The notes below the pieces were generated by a model. That model saw only the letters and a program-made list of their open reading frames with translations. It ran no database searches and was not told the DNA's origin. DNA of 64,000 bases from positions 94,984,001-95,048,000 of the forward strand of contig NC_042998.1 of assembly GCF_006345805.1 (NCBI RefSeq), in the 5' to 3' direction. A program made the translations under genes and the position numbers. Positions 12,050 through 25,289 of this stretch are shown here, one piece after another. This DNA is from Octopus sinensis. Lineage: Eukaryota. The stretch's first letter is position 1, and each line of letters begins with the position of its first letter.

Positions 12050-12393
12050 CCATGCTTTCAGCCGCATTTGTTTGTTTGTCCATGGACAAGATATCTCAAG
12101 AACTACTGGATGGATTTGGATGAAACTTTCAGGGATGTTTGGCCTTGTGACTAGCACAAACTGATTAGATTTTGGGATTGTTCTGGTACTGGACAAGGAT
12201 TCTAGATTATTTTTCCTATTTTTCTACTTACTTAATTTTTGAGGGCAGTTGGGTTCATTTTTAGTATTCTTGATTTTCAAGAGCAGTTGAGTTATTTCAG
12301 ATATTCTCACTTTAGAAATCATTTCTGGCTAATTATTGAGAGGACGTTGGTGTTGCCTTGACAGAGGTTTGCACTCTCTGAGTGCTCTTGTTT
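12050..12393 (+). mobile_element. Non-autonomous Helentron/DINE-like element
   Basis: 5' (TTTG)n microsatellite followed by aactactggatggattt..atgaaact; 3' end ccttgacagagg then hairpin GCACTC-TCT-GAGTGC (12371-12385), the usual HINE-type terminus. Confidence 0.55.
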
Positions 12394-13039
12394 ACACTGT
12401 TTTTAGATGCCTGTGAAGTCATTTGCAGACATTGATATCCTCTTGGCTCCCTCAATCTTGACCCAACACAATGTGAAGATGAGAGATTTGGAAGTAGGGA
12501 AGACTGTACAAGCTGCTAGCTAGTACTTATTACAAGTTTACTGGAACGTGATGTGAAGTACTTTGCCCAAGGATATCACTTGCTGCCTGGAACAGGAATT
12601 GAAATCACAACCTTATGTTTATGAGCCAAAACCCTAAACACTAGACATAACCAGGCTACTTCGCACATATCTACTTATGAAATTTCACATACAAGTCTCA
12701 TGGTAGAAAATCTTGCTTAAGGTTCCACATGGTGCACTTCAACACAGAATCATGTGGTTTATGTCACATAGTTATGTTGGCATCTATTTACAATTTCATG
12801 GAAAGGGAAAATTCCAAATAGGAAGTGCACACAAAGGGAAGAGAACAAAACTTGAGATCTGTGAGAACTGAAACTTGCATTTTCTGAATGTGTTTGAGTG
12901 AAGAAAGGAGATAGGGAAAGTACTTAAAACTTATAGTAGATTTTATTTATGTATTCAGGGACCACATGAAATAAACACATGGATATTGGAGAACTCAGAC
13001 CAAACTAACAACATAGTGAATCAATGGCTTCAAATGAAC

Positions 13040-13068
13040 TTATACACATACACATATATGCGTGTGTG

Positions 13069-13111
<43 letters not shown>

Positions 13112-13247
13112 GTATGTATATGTATGTAAGAGACTGTGCGAAATGAATAGACAGATAGAAAAGCACTAATTTTAGTACAAACAAACAAGAGAGAAAAAAT
13201 TTGATTTGTGAAGTTTCAGCTTCCAATAAATTACACACACACATATA

Positions 13248-13315
<68 letters not shown>

Positions 13316-14050
13316 TATAAATATACATACACATATATAAAGATATAGTTATATATACATACATTTGTGTGAGTGTATATACTTATATATATTTATAAAT
13401 ATATATATAGTTATGTAGATAATCAGACACATATGTTTAGCCATCTGTCTACATATTTATATAAATGTATACATAAAATTCATCTCTATATATTTACATG
13501 AATATATATATAAAATCCATACATGCCTTTCATATATATATATAAGGCATACATACAGAAGAGTGGATGGATAGAGAAAAGAAAGCTATGAATAGAGAGA
13601 ATAAGAAAATGAAGTAGAGAGGTGTTTACTAAGAAAGGATTATTAAAGATGGAATAGTACACAGTTAGAGAGGTGGGGCGCACACACACACGTGCACACA
13701 TACATACATAACACACACATACATGTGCTGAGAAAGAGAGACAGAGAGAGAGAATCATAAAAAAAAAGGGAGAATAATATTGAAGGAGGAAGACAGATAA
13801 TTTGAGAGCCAGTGGAAACAGGCTTTACAGATAAGAATGGTTGGGTGGTGGGAATAGAGGAATATACACTTAGTGAGAAAGAGGAGAGAGAGAGAGAGTG
13901 AAGAGAGATGGACAGACAGTGACAGACAGAAAGACATGCAGGCAGACAGACAAACAGACAATCAGGCAGGCGGGCAGGCAGGCATACAGACAGACAGACA
14001 GGCAAAAGCTTTGGAAATGAGTGTGTAAAGTTATCTGCAGTGAAAAGGAA
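13040..14050. repeat. Compound TA/CA/AG/CAGA microsatellite block
   Basis: Directly visible short tandem repeats. Confidence 0.9.
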
Positions 14051-14217
14051 AAGAAAAAAAAATAATAAATGAATGAATAAATAAATAAAAAAATAAATAA
14101 AGACAGGGCTTGCTTAGAAAGAGGTTGGCACCGGGAGGGGTGGGGGAAGAGAGTAGGTTGTGTTATGTACATTCCAAGAGGGGGTAAATAGGAAGAAATG
14201 CAAGGAAGGGGGAAGAG

Positions 14218-15140
14218 GAATGCTGAGGGTGGTGGTGGTGGTGGGGCAGAGGAGAAAATCAGAAAGAGGTTGGTAGTGGCTGACAGGCAGCGCTGTACCA
14301 TTTCTTCAGCTGCTGGTGGAGGTGGTGGTGGTGGCATTGGTGAAGGGGGTGGTAGTGGCAATGATCATTGTAGTGATGGTAGTGGTGGCGGTGGTAAAGT
14401 AACAATAGCGATGATGATGATGATGATGATGGTGATGATGGTGACGATGATGATGATGATGATGATAATGGTAGTTGTGGCCAGTGACGATGATGGTGGT
14501 GATGATGATGATGATGATGATGATAATGGTAGTTGTGGCCATAGTAGCCATGTTCATGGTAGTGGCAGTGAAGGTGAAAATAATGATGGTGGTGGTGGTG
14601 GTGGTCATGGCAAGGATGATGACAATAATGATGGAGGTGGTGGTGGTGGTGGCATTGATAATGATGAAGACGATGATGATGGTGGTGGTGGTGGTGGTGG
14701 TAGTGGTCATAGTGAGGATGATGATAATAATGATGGGGGTGGGGGGCAGTGGCATTGATGATGGTGGTGGTGGTTGTGGCGGCGGCCACGATGATGATAA
14801 TGATGATGATGATGATGATGAGGATGGTGGTGGTGATAGTGGTGGTGGCATTCGCAATGATGTTGATGATGATGTTCACAATGATGATGATGTAGCTGCT
14901 GCTGCTGATGATGATAAATGGTGGTGGTTGCGGTGTATATTATACTACATACAATTTCTACAGCTATGTCTGCTGCTGCTGCTGTTATTGTTGTTGTTGC
15001 TGCTGTTGCAGCTGGTGATGATGGTGTGACTTGGCTAGGAAAGAAGGTAGCGGGGGGAGGGGCAGCGATGGGTGTGATGGTGATGGATATCCAAATAGAA
15101 CTTCGAGCTGCTGCTGCTGTTATCCGTGAGGTTGAAGGCT
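14218..15140. repeat. Mosaic trinucleotide low-complexity tract (GGT/GAT/GCT)n
   Basis: About 900 bp of interleaved GGT, GAT and GCT runs; long ORFs in several frames on both strands are a product of the low complexity. Confidence 0.95.
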
Positions 15141-15169
15141 GAACAATAGCAAAGTTTTGGTAAAATAGA

Positions 15170-15464
15170 TTGCGTGTGCATGTGTGCAAGCATGTGTGTG
15201 TTTGTCTGTGTATGTATGTGTGTGTGTGTGTGTGTGTGCAAATTTGTGTATATTAGCATACATATATATGAGCACATATGTGGGAAGTTCTGTTTGAAAA
15301 TGTTTGTGTGCACATACATGTACATACACTGAACAGCACAGAAAACACACACACACACACACATGTATATATTTCTACACATAGATGCGTACATATAGAA
15401 TATATATATATATGTGTGTGTGTGTCTGTGTGTGTGTGTGTATGTATATGTGTATATATATATG

Positions 15465-15497
<33 letters not shown>

Positions 15498-15759
15498 CAC
15501 ACACACACATAACCCATGCAAGCTTGGAAAAACAGATATACAAATGATGACGATGATGATGATGTACATATACACACACATAAAGATAGACACACATATG
15601 TGAGTTTGTGCGTGTAAATACATAAGTGTGTACGTGCGTGTGTATTTGTATATTCATGCAAATATATGCAAATACATATATGTGCGTATGTATGTAAAAA
15701 TATACATACACACACATAAAGACAGATATACATGCATATATACATACACACACACACAC

Positions 15760-15794
<35 letters not shown>

Positions 15795-16343
15795 TATACA
15801 TACATATACATGCATACATATACACATCTGTATATGCATATATCTATACATATGTTCATTCCATCCTCTTGTATCATAATTATATACATATATATATATA
15901 TGTATGCATGTATATGTATATATATACATACACACACATATATATATGTATACATGTATACATATATATATATATGTATACATATATATATATATGTATA
16001 CATATATATATATATGTATACATATATACTTATATATATGTATACATATAAACATATATATATGTATACATATAAACATATATATATATACATATATATG
16101 TATACGTATATACATATATGTATACATATATATGTATACGTATATACATATATGTATACATATAAACATGTATATATATATGTATACATATAAACATATA
16201 TATATATATATGTATACATATAAACATATATATGTATACGTATATACATATATGTATACATATATATATATATATATATATATATCTATATATATACATA
16301 CATACATACATATATATATATATGTATATATCTATATATATAC

Positions 16344-16379
<36 letters not shown>

Positions 16380-16424
16380 GAATGTATACATATACATGTG
16401 TGTTTATATATAATTATAGGTGTG

Positions 16425-16470
<46 letters not shown>

Positions 16471-16710
16471 TGTGTGTGTGTGTGTATATATATGCACACA
16501 CACATGTATAACTGTTTATGCATCTGTGTTTGCATGTGTGTGCTTACATACATATAAATGTCTGTTCATTTGTGTGTGTGCGCATGTGCAAATGTCAGTG
16601 TACGTCTATTCATTTGAATATACATGCAGAAATGTTTGTAAGTACACATGAACGTGTAGGTGTGTAGGTTTGTGTGTGTATGTGTGAGTAGGTGTGTAGA
16701 TGTATGTGTG
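15170..16710. repeat. TA/TG/CA microsatellite and TACATA-based minisatellite
   Basis: Directly visible; source of the Y/I/V/C/M-rich pseudo-ORFs. Confidence 0.95.
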
Positions 16711-17180
16711 TGCGTGCGTGCGCCTGTAGTCAAAATATTGCTTGAATATCATTGGTCGAGATAAAGAGACAGCCTGAAAAACTCTCCAATTGGGGAGGTA
16801 GGTAAAAAGGAAAATGGAAAGATGGCAGCAAAAGTGGTGGTAAATAGAGAGAAGAGTTTGCATAGGTTGAGGCAGAGCACCATGCTGCCTCCACCCACAT
16901 TGCTGAAAATGGAGTGTTGGCAGAGGTAGATTGACATTGTTCTTCCACACAGTGATGCGGTGTCTAGATAGGAACATGCCTGGACAAATGTAAAAAAACT
17001 TTCCTCCACCCACTATGGTGTAATCACAGAAAGGAATCTATGCAAGGGTTGAATTATTTGTTGCCTCCACACAGTGTTGTGCTTATATGAAATAGAGTGT
17101 GGACAAAAGCATTACTTGGGCAGGTAGAGGTTTAGTACCTCAACATTCTTTCACTGATATTTATTAGGGACCGACAAACA

Positions 17181-17651
17181 GGTGCAGGTGTGGCTGTGTG
17201 CTAAGAAGTTTGCTTCCCAACCACATGGGTCCAGGTTGAGTCCTACTGTGTCGTATCTAGAGCAATTGTCTTCTATTATAGCCTTGATCTTACCAAAGCC
17301 TTGTGAGTGGATTTGGCCAATGGAAACTGTAAGAAACCTGTCACACATATATTTATATATATGTGTGTGTGTATGTATGTGTTGTGTGTGTGTATGTGTT
17401 GTGTGTGTGTATGTATATAATATATATATATATATATATATGTCTTTGTGTGTACTTCTTTGCATCTGTGTTTGTCCCCCACCACCTTTTGACAACTGGT
17501 GTTGGTGTGTTTATGTCACCATAACTTAGCAGTTTGGCAAAAGCGACAGATAAAATAGGCATCAGGCTTTAAAAAAATAAGTACTGGGGTTGAATTGTTC
17601 AACACAAAATTCTACATGGCCGCAGTCTAATGACTAAAACAAGTAAAAGAG
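17181..17651 (+). mobile_element. OR1-like tRNA-derived SINE, near full length
   Basis: ggtgcaggtgtggctgtgtg head with A/B-box-like segments, expanded TA/TG core, and tail catggccgcagtctaatgactaaaacaagtaaaaga. Confidence 0.85.
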
Positions 17652-18379
17652 GTGAATACTTCTATTCATAGCAAGAGAAGTATAAGATAAAAGGGTGTAG
17701 ACTGAGGTGGGACCAATTGCTTCACCAACTGTAGAGAGAATTACAAATGATAGAGGAATTGAGGTAGTTCCTGTGTTGATTGTAGTAACATGGATGAGGT
17801 AACAAATAAATGCAAGCAAATGAATTATATTTTGCTTTCTCTTCACATGACTTAATGGCTAGAGTGTTGGGGGTCATAAGTATAATGTTGTGGGTTTCAT
17901 CCTTGGATGGAACGGCATACTGTTTCCTTGAGCAAAGCACTTTGTTTCACTTGCTCCAGTCTACTCAATTGAAAAATTAGGAGTACTAGTGTTGGTACAG
18001 CCCTTTTTTTTACTTCAGCTGTCGCCTCCTTGATGTTCTGCTAGAGTCAGGATAGGAGGTCTGAAAGGTTCTCTATGTCAGTTTACGAATAAACAGGCAC
18101 CTAAAATAATTAGTGAAAGCATGGTACATGTTACCAAATCATACTCACTTATAGGTAATGGTTATGCTTCTTTTTATTTTAGTTTGTGAATAAAACAGAG
18201 TGGGTAAATGTAGATATTTTGCACACCTCTGTTATTCACTGACTAAAGAATAAGCAGGCAGAGATAATGTTTCATAATTATTTTCCATTTGAGGTGATGG
18301 TAACCAAAGGTAAAATGTGGATAGAGATAGGTTTACATACAATGGCCAAAACACTGAATTGAAAGAAGGGAGAAAGAGG

Positions 18380-18670
18380 GCAGTGGATTGCAGAATTACT
18401 TGCTACTAGTACAGCTCTGCGATTAAGAAGTTTATTTTCAGCCACATGCTTCTTGGTTCAATCTTACAGGGTGGAACCTTGGGCAGTTGATTTTTATATT
18501 GCTTTGAGTGGAATTTGGTAGAAAGAAATTATGTGGAAATCTATTTTATGTGTGTGTGTATGTGTGTTTATGTTTAGTTGCCTAAAAGAACAGGGGGATG
18601 TGATCAAATAAAACCATTAAAGGTGGTGCTCTAGCATGGGCACAGGCTAATAACTGAAACCAGTAAAAGG
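18380..18670 (+). mobile_element. Degenerate OR1-like SINE
   Basis: ttaagaagttt..ccacatg..ttcaatc; gtggaatttggtagaaagaaa; ggtggtgctctagcatgg..actgaaaccagtaaaag. Confidence 0.6.
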
Positions 18671-18834
18671 ACATCAGAATATTGTCTAGTTATAGCGAGT
18701 GCTATTAAGTGGACAGAAAAGATGAGAAAAATGTATTCTGTAGCTCATTGTGGAGACAGTTGTTAGCATTGTCAGATTTGTACAGTGTTTAAGTGAAACA
18801 AGTAGGTTTAATTAGAAATACAGAGAGAAACAGG

Positions 18835-19520
18835 GTGGTCTAATTAGAGGTAAACTGTGAGAATTAGTATGAATAGAGGTAATATATGTGAAGCAATATG
18901 GTATAAAGAAATGAAAAATGCTTAACAATGTTGTATAATTGCAGGTAAAAATGTGAAACATCAAAATGTAATTACAAGCATGTGAAATAGTATGATATAA
19001 TTAGAGTTAAAATGTGAATCAATGTAATGTAATTAGAAGTAAAATGTGAAACAAAATTTGTGATCTAATTAGAGATAAAATATGAAACAAAATAGTGTAG
19101 AAGTAAAAAATATGAAACTATGGTGGAATTAGAGATAAAATGTGTAAAAATGTGGCTTAATTAAAAACAAAATGTAGACTATGGTATAATTTGAGGTAAA
19201 ATATGTGAAATAATGTGGTATAATAAAGGTAAAATATGAGAATGAGGTACAACTAGAGGTAAAATGTAAAATAAGGTGTAATTAGTAGAAAAATTTGAAA
19301 CTATGGCATGATCAGAAGTAAAATATATGAAACTGTGGTATAATAGAAGTAAAAAGATATTATGAGAGGAAAATATGTGAAAAAATATGGTATAAATAGA
19401 AGAAAATGTGAAAACAATGTTGAATAACTAGAGGTAAAATGTGAAACAACATAGTGTAATTAGAGATAGAGATATCAAGAATTTTATTTAAGTAGATATA
19501 AAATGTGAAAACAATACAGA
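18835..19520 (+). repeat. Degenerate purine-rich minisatellite, unit ~31-34 bp (approx. aattagaggtaaaatgtgaaacaatgtggtat), about 20 copies
   Basis: Recurrent tagaggtaaaat / tgtgaaa / tggtataa motifs with regular spacing. Confidence 0.75.
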
Positions 19521-20721
19521 AGTAGTAAGGAATGAGGGTAAATTGCACTAATTAAGAAAAAAATAACTTTAATACACAAAATACTATTCACTAATAAACA
19601 GCACAGAGATTTGTTATGCTCAGGGGTGGTCATACTTACAGATAAAGAAGTTAATATGGGATTAGGCACTAGGGGATAATCAATTCAAAGCTCTCTGGCA
19701 AAAATTTAAGAGAAAGGGACAGGCAATCTGTTAAAATGGGGCTGTTGTGTTGATTATTTCCATAAAGGTGATATTTATATAAATAGAGATATCATTGGGG
19801 ATTACTAAGTGGGGCTGTGTGCTAAAATGGATATTTCAGGGGCATCTGTCTGATTTAATTGGAGTAACTTTTGGGAATTTCAGGGCAGGGTTAGGTATTA
19901 AATATTTATCATAAAGGGACATCTTATTCACTAACACAGAGTGGTTGTTTGTAAGAAAGACAGATGGTGCTCACAGAATTTTAACATATTGTAATGGAAG
20001 CAACCTATTTGAGGTAGGTGCAGATGTTGAGGAGTTTAGAGGTGTAGGTTAAAATAAAGGAAGGGAAAAAATATGGAATTTCTGAAGAAGGAATGGTCAA
20101 AATAAAAGTAGGTACTGACAATATTAAAGAATGATCTAGTTATAGCAGAGAAAATGACAACTAATGTGAACACCCAAAGACACACACACATCCACAAACA
20201 TACATCAACACACACACATTTATATAAATGAGTAGTACATATGTTGAACAATGATGTTCCAGTGATCTGATGAGCTAGCTTTCTTTATTTTCATTAGTGT
20301 AATTAATATAATTTCTTACATACTGAAATCAATATTACATGAAGGTTGTGAAACGGTTGTAACTCGATAAAAGTCATGTGGCTAAATAAATATATATATA
20401 TACTCAACTCTTGAACCTCCTGACATTATTTTTATCTATGTTTTTCTATACATTTTTAAATGGTGGAACTTGAAGTAGATAAAGCTATAAATAATAGCAT
20501 GTAAGATGTTGGGTCAAACACCCCTTTGGATAGAAAAATTTGAAGGCTATCCATGGCACCTGAATCCCCATCTTCTGTAAGCATGGCTATATTTACACTT
20601 TATTATTTATAGCTTTATCTACTTTAAGTTCTAAAGTTAAAAATGAATTATTTCATGTTCTTTCAAAGTTTTTAAATTCTTATGACATATATATTGGATG
20701 TTTTGTTTATTATACTTTAGG

Positions 20722-21261
20722 GTATTGTAAATGCCCCCACAAAACATTTCATGTAGATGACAAACATTAAAAAGCATTGTAATTCTAAATATTAATTGAC
20801 AAAATTCCGTCAGTACACCAGCAGATGGCACTACCATATCACATGATTTTACCAAATCATTTAGCATTTGTCATCTACACAAAATGATTTTCTGAGACAT
20901 TTACAACAGTCCTAGACATTATAAATAACACATCCAAGTTAGGTCGGGTGTGCTGATTAATATCTGTAACAAAAACTATTACTGTCATTAATAGCTAATT
21001 TATACACAACTCGCCAGTTTTTCATCACACCACTGGCTGTTTGGTCAGTATTATTCTATATTGGTTTGACTGATTTTCTGTGTGGTATTCAGTGCTTGGT
21101 TAGTTGCCACTGATGATCAGTAACATGGTGAAATCATGTGATACAGATGTGCAATCCACCAGTGTGCTGATGAATTTTGTCAACCAATAATAGACTTTTG
21201 ATACTTTTTAACAGTTGTCATCCACACAAAATGATTTTGGGGGGGTCATTTACAGCAATAC
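20722..21261. mobile_element. Decayed MITE-like fold-back structure with ~130-bp imperfect inverted arms and an internal extra terminus
   Basis: 20722-20854 is the approximate reverse complement of 21126-21261; 20868-20906 repeats the right terminus (ttgtcatc.acacaaaatgatttt..catttaca). Confidence 0.65.
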
Positions 21262-21284
21262 ACACTCACACACACATACATGTA

Positions 21285-21600
21285 ACATCATCATCCTCGT
21301 TTAACGCCTGCTTTCCATGCTGGCATGGGTTGGATGGTTTGACTGAGGTCTGGAAAGCCAGTGGGCTGCACCAGGCTCCAATCTGATCTGGCAATGTTTC
21401 TATAGTTGGATGCCCTTCCTAATGCCAACCACTCTGAGAATGTAGTGGGTGCTTTTTACATGCCACCGGCATCAACCACATTCAGATGGTGCTTTTTATG
21501 TGCCAAAGGCACGGCAGCCAGACAAGGAGCACTGGCATTGACCACATTCAGATCATGCTTTTTACATGCCACCAGCATGGGAGCAAGTCAGGGGGCACTG
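21285..21600 (-). mobile_element. RTE LINE 3' fragment
   Basis: catcatcatcctcgtttaacgcctgctttccatgctggcatggg...ggatgcccttcctaatgccaaccactc. Confidence 0.85.
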
Positions 21601-22375
21601 TGACCATCTTTTTCTTCAAAAGAGCGGATGTGTTTTTTCTCTCGCTCTTCTATCTTTTCTCTTTTCAAAAAATGTTTCTCCCAGCATTCACTATTTTCCT
21701 CTCGCTCTGGTCTAATGATCCTCCATGTTTGTTTTCATCCAGTTTCCTTGTTTGTCTCCACTATCCTTGTTGTCTCCACTATCATGTTTTTGTTCCCAAC
21801 TTTGACCCTCCATAAATCCTAAATTTTATTTAAGAATTTGTGGGAGCAACTGTCTTTGAAGACTAGTGTTGTCATTGAATGTTTGAAATGAGATAGACAG
21901 CCGACAACTGATGAAGAGTCCTTTCCCTGTGTTTACTTTCCCTGTTTTCCATTTTTTTCTCGTTGTTTACGTATTTCCTGTTATTTTTACCATTGGTGAC
22001 GTCCTGTACCCATATATGCAGGTATATATATATATTATATATTATTTATTATATATGTGTGTGTTATTCAATAACAGGATGACTTAGCCCCATGCAACTT
22101 ACAAGTTTTATGACACTTTAAGTTGTATGAAGCTGAATGAAACTATATTATTAAATAATGCCACTTTCTTTCGCTTGTCCCTGCCATAATTGACCGCTAG
22201 CTCCAAAAATTTTTTAAATTTTCTCTCTGTTTATTTCCTCATGTTGCTTTCTGTTGAAGAGTGTAGGCTTGAAACATAAAAGAATTTCTCACCTTCCTGA
22301 GTGTTAAACTAATACACCTGTTTCTTGTTTATACACCCGTCTTCACTTTTTGCTTTTCTGTAAATTTTAACCACT
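21600..22375 (+). mobile_element. Penelope-like terminal-repeat remnants, including a decayed hammerhead-like motif at 22246-22283
   Basis: CTGATGAAGAG at ~21907; ctttCTGTTGAagagtgtaggcttGAAAcataaaaga, homologous to the reverse complement of 35574-35611. Confidence 0.5.
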
Positions 22376-22595
22376 CTATATATATATTGACAGTGACTTA
22401 AAAGTTTTGGCAAGCTAAACCATTTTCAGACTGATAGCTTTATATAGTCTCTGCTGAGTAAAAGTTTTCCTTGGGTATGTAGGTTTGAATGGGGTGGTAA
22501 TTAGCTTGTAGGGTGGGTTGTGATGGAGAGGTGTTTTGGAGAAATTTTTATTGATTAGATTTGGAGTTATGTTATCATTTAGAATTGTTTAGTAT

Positions 22596-23046
22596 TGTCA
22601 TGTACGTAGAACTTGCTAGGCAGATGGGTGCTGCTCGCATCCTTTACATCAAATATTAATTGAAGAAAGAGTCAAGATTTTCCGTTAACTTCAACAGTAT
22701 AAATATTTATTCTTTGATTCGCAATATAAACATTTCCTTCCTCTGGGCAAATCGGCAACCTAGGAGCTTATTGGCAGTAATCTAGTGGAGTGAATCAATC
22801 CTGCCCATTCAAGCATAGCAGGGATGTGCCACGAGGTAGCAGCTCAAGAGAGCTACTGGAGACACGTGTGTATCGTTCAGCTGCTAGCGTCCAAGAGAGA
22901 GATACAAGAGAATTTCGCTGCTGCTAGTTTTCTGCGCATGCGCATGAGGGAACTTCCGGCAGACCTTCCGGAAGATTCCAACCCTGCACATGCGTGCTGG
23001 AGATTTCCAAGATGGCATCACAACAAAGGTTTATGTTCCTATAACC
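22596..23046 (-). mobile_element. Solo-LTR-like 451-bp insertion in the mariner 5' UTR
   Basis: Minus strand starts (G)GTTATAGG (TGTTATA-like) and ends CATGACA; AATAAA ~110 bp before the end; GC- and CpG-richer than its flanks. No TSD is recognisable. Confidence 0.5.
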
Positions 23047-23071
23047 TGTGTTAATTCTGTAACCTTTTAAA

Positions 23072-23722
23072 ATGGAAGATAAGAAAGTTCATTTTCGGCA
23101 CTTGATGCTTCTCTTTTTCCGTAAAGTGAAAAATGCCTCACAAGCAACCAAAGAAATATGCACAGTTTACGGTGATGTTTCTTTATCTGAAAGAACTGTA
23201 CAGAAGTGGTTCGCAAGGTTCCAAGCTGGAGATTGTAGCCTTATTGATAAAGAGTGATCAGGTAGACCATCCACTACAGTTGATGACCAAATCAAGTCAT
23301 TAATTGACAATAACCCACATTGCAAAACCCGAGAATTGGCAGAAAGCCTCAACCTATCAAAATCTGTCATTCATGAGCACCTGGTAAAGCATGGGTACAC
23401 AAATTGCTATGATGTTTGGGTACCACATGAGTTGAGTGAGAAGAACCTATTGGATCACATTTCCATCTATGATTCGCTTTATAAATGGAATGAAAACACG
23501 CTTTTTTTAGAGCAAATTGTGACAGGTGATGAGAAATGGATTATCTACCGAAATGTTCAGAGAAAGCGACCCTGGAGTAAGTGACATGAGCCACCCTTAG
23601 CCACCCCAAAAGCGGGTCTTCACCCTAAAAAAGTCTTGCTTTGTGTCTGGTGGGATTGGAAAGGAATTCTGTACAATGAGCTTCTCCCAAGTAACCAGAC
23701 AATTAATTCTGAGAAATACTGC
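23072..23722 (+). pseudogene. mariner transposase (mellifera/mauritiana-like), 3'-truncated, two in-frame stops
   Basis: MEDKKVHFRH...QKWFARF...WVPHEL...IVTGDEKW...LHPKKVLLCVWWDWKGIL..ELLP..QTINSEKYC in one frame with TGA at 23255 and 23582; cut by an OK-like SINE. Confidence 0.95.
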
Positions 23723-23734
23723 AAAAATAATTTG

Positions 23735-23897
23735 TGGGGATAGGATAGTCGATTACATCAACCCTAGTATTTGACTGGTACTTAATTTATTGACCCCGAA
23801 AGGATGAGCTCGGTGGAATTTGAACTCAGAACGTAGCGGCAGACGAAATACCACTAAGCAATTCGCCTAGTGTGCTAACAATTCTGCCAGCTCGCTG
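23735..23897 (-). mobile_element. OK-like SINE
   Basis: Reverse complement of ggcagcgagctggcagaattgttagcac...ttctgagttcaaattcc. Confidence 0.85.
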
Positions 23898-23902
23898 CCT
23901 TT

Positions 23903-24004
<102 letters not shown>

Positions 24005-24088
24005 ATAGTAATAATTATTATATATTATATATATATATTATATATAATAATTATTATATTATTATTATATAATTATTATATTATTATA

Positions 24089-24612
24089 ATGCAGTACCAG
24101 ACAGTGGCTCTCATGGCTCCTGATCTTAACTGATTGGAAGTGTTATCATGTACATTGTTTTGTCTTGGCATAAAAGATGGGCTACAGCAAATATTCTGCT
24201 CAATACCACAGATTTGCTTGTCAGTTGTTTGACCTAAATCAGTTGAGCAGGTCCCTTAGTGGCTGACGATATGTGCATCTCTGATCACAAGCAGAAGTAG
24301 TTGGGGAGCATCTTAGAGGTTTGGATAATTCACCTTTGGAAATATGGGTGGTTTGTTCAACATCCTTAAACAATCCTTATTCAGGGACCTTTTGAGTGGA
24401 ATGGGCTAGTCAACCAAAAGAAAATTATAACTGGGCCCTACCTGCAAGGTCATGCGCTGTTTATCTTGATATGAGATCACCATGTCATGCACATAGGGTT
24501 GTGACGCATGTGCCTGGTGTACCCTTATCAGACAGGTAGTCATGATGGGTATACTGGGCTTCATATATTTTATCCCAGTGTCACTTTGATGGCATGCACT
24601 GCTCTCTCACTC
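24089..24612. repeat. Unclassified ~540-bp interspersed repeat embedded in TAT/AAT tracts (copy 2)
   Basis: Colinear with 4244-4788; followed by (AAT)n at 24613-24649. Confidence 0.85.
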
Positions 24613-24652
<40 letters not shown>

Positions 24653-25232
24653 GAATGAAGTGAAAGATGGATTTGGCATTAGTCTTTGAGTACAACGATT
24701 GTTTCGACCCCTCTTGCGACTGTCCTTCATGGGTAGGATGTTGTGCATCCAATTGTGTTGCATTGATCTGAGCAGTCTGGGTCACATCAGGTACTTGCAT
24801 ACATAAAGTGGTGTCCTACTAAATATGTCGCACTGAATAAAGACTAATGCTAAGTCCATGTTCCGTTTCATTCATTGATTATTATTATCTCAACAAACAC
24901 TCGGAATTCCTGATCCAGCAGAAATATACCCCAACTATACATGACACCAGATGGCCCAAACTGTGAATGTGCTTTACTAAACTTACTAATCAACATAAAG
25001 CCATTTGTCAAAAATATTACTCACACACACGCACACACACATGGAGTGAAATTCTACACAGTTTTTGGTTAACAAATTTCACTGACAGTATATGGCTCAA
25101 TCCAAGGATACCACAAATAACATTTGCTCAAGATGCCTCACAGCACGATCAAACACAGAACCATGAAGTTATTAATGAATTTTTTAATAAACACAGATGT
25201 GGCTGTGCAGCTACTTGAATGATTAATTTCAG

Positions 25233-25289
<57 letters not shown>

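Noticed and set aside
14198-15189. Gly/Asp/His/Met-rich ORFs resembling glycine-rich or His-rich proteins
   Set aside because: Stop-poor trinucleotide mosaic open in most frames, with register shifts inside each ORF; no splice or domain support.
15035-16651. Long ORFs up to 408 aa rich in Y/I/V/C/M/H/T
   Set aside because: Translations of TA/TG/CA microsatellite; open in several frames on both strands. The same applies to similar ORFs at 5367-5701, 23872-24072 and 25219-25583.
20262-20400. CTGATGAG and a later GTGAAAC
   Set aside because: Too far apart with no pairing stems; not a foldable hammerhead.
24667-24860. 21-bp imperfect inverted repeats enclosing a minus-strand ..CATGAAG..GTCGAAACAATCGTTGTA hammerhead-like string
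   Set aside because: CUGANGA core is broken and stem I cannot form; at most a decayed Penelope-type relic.
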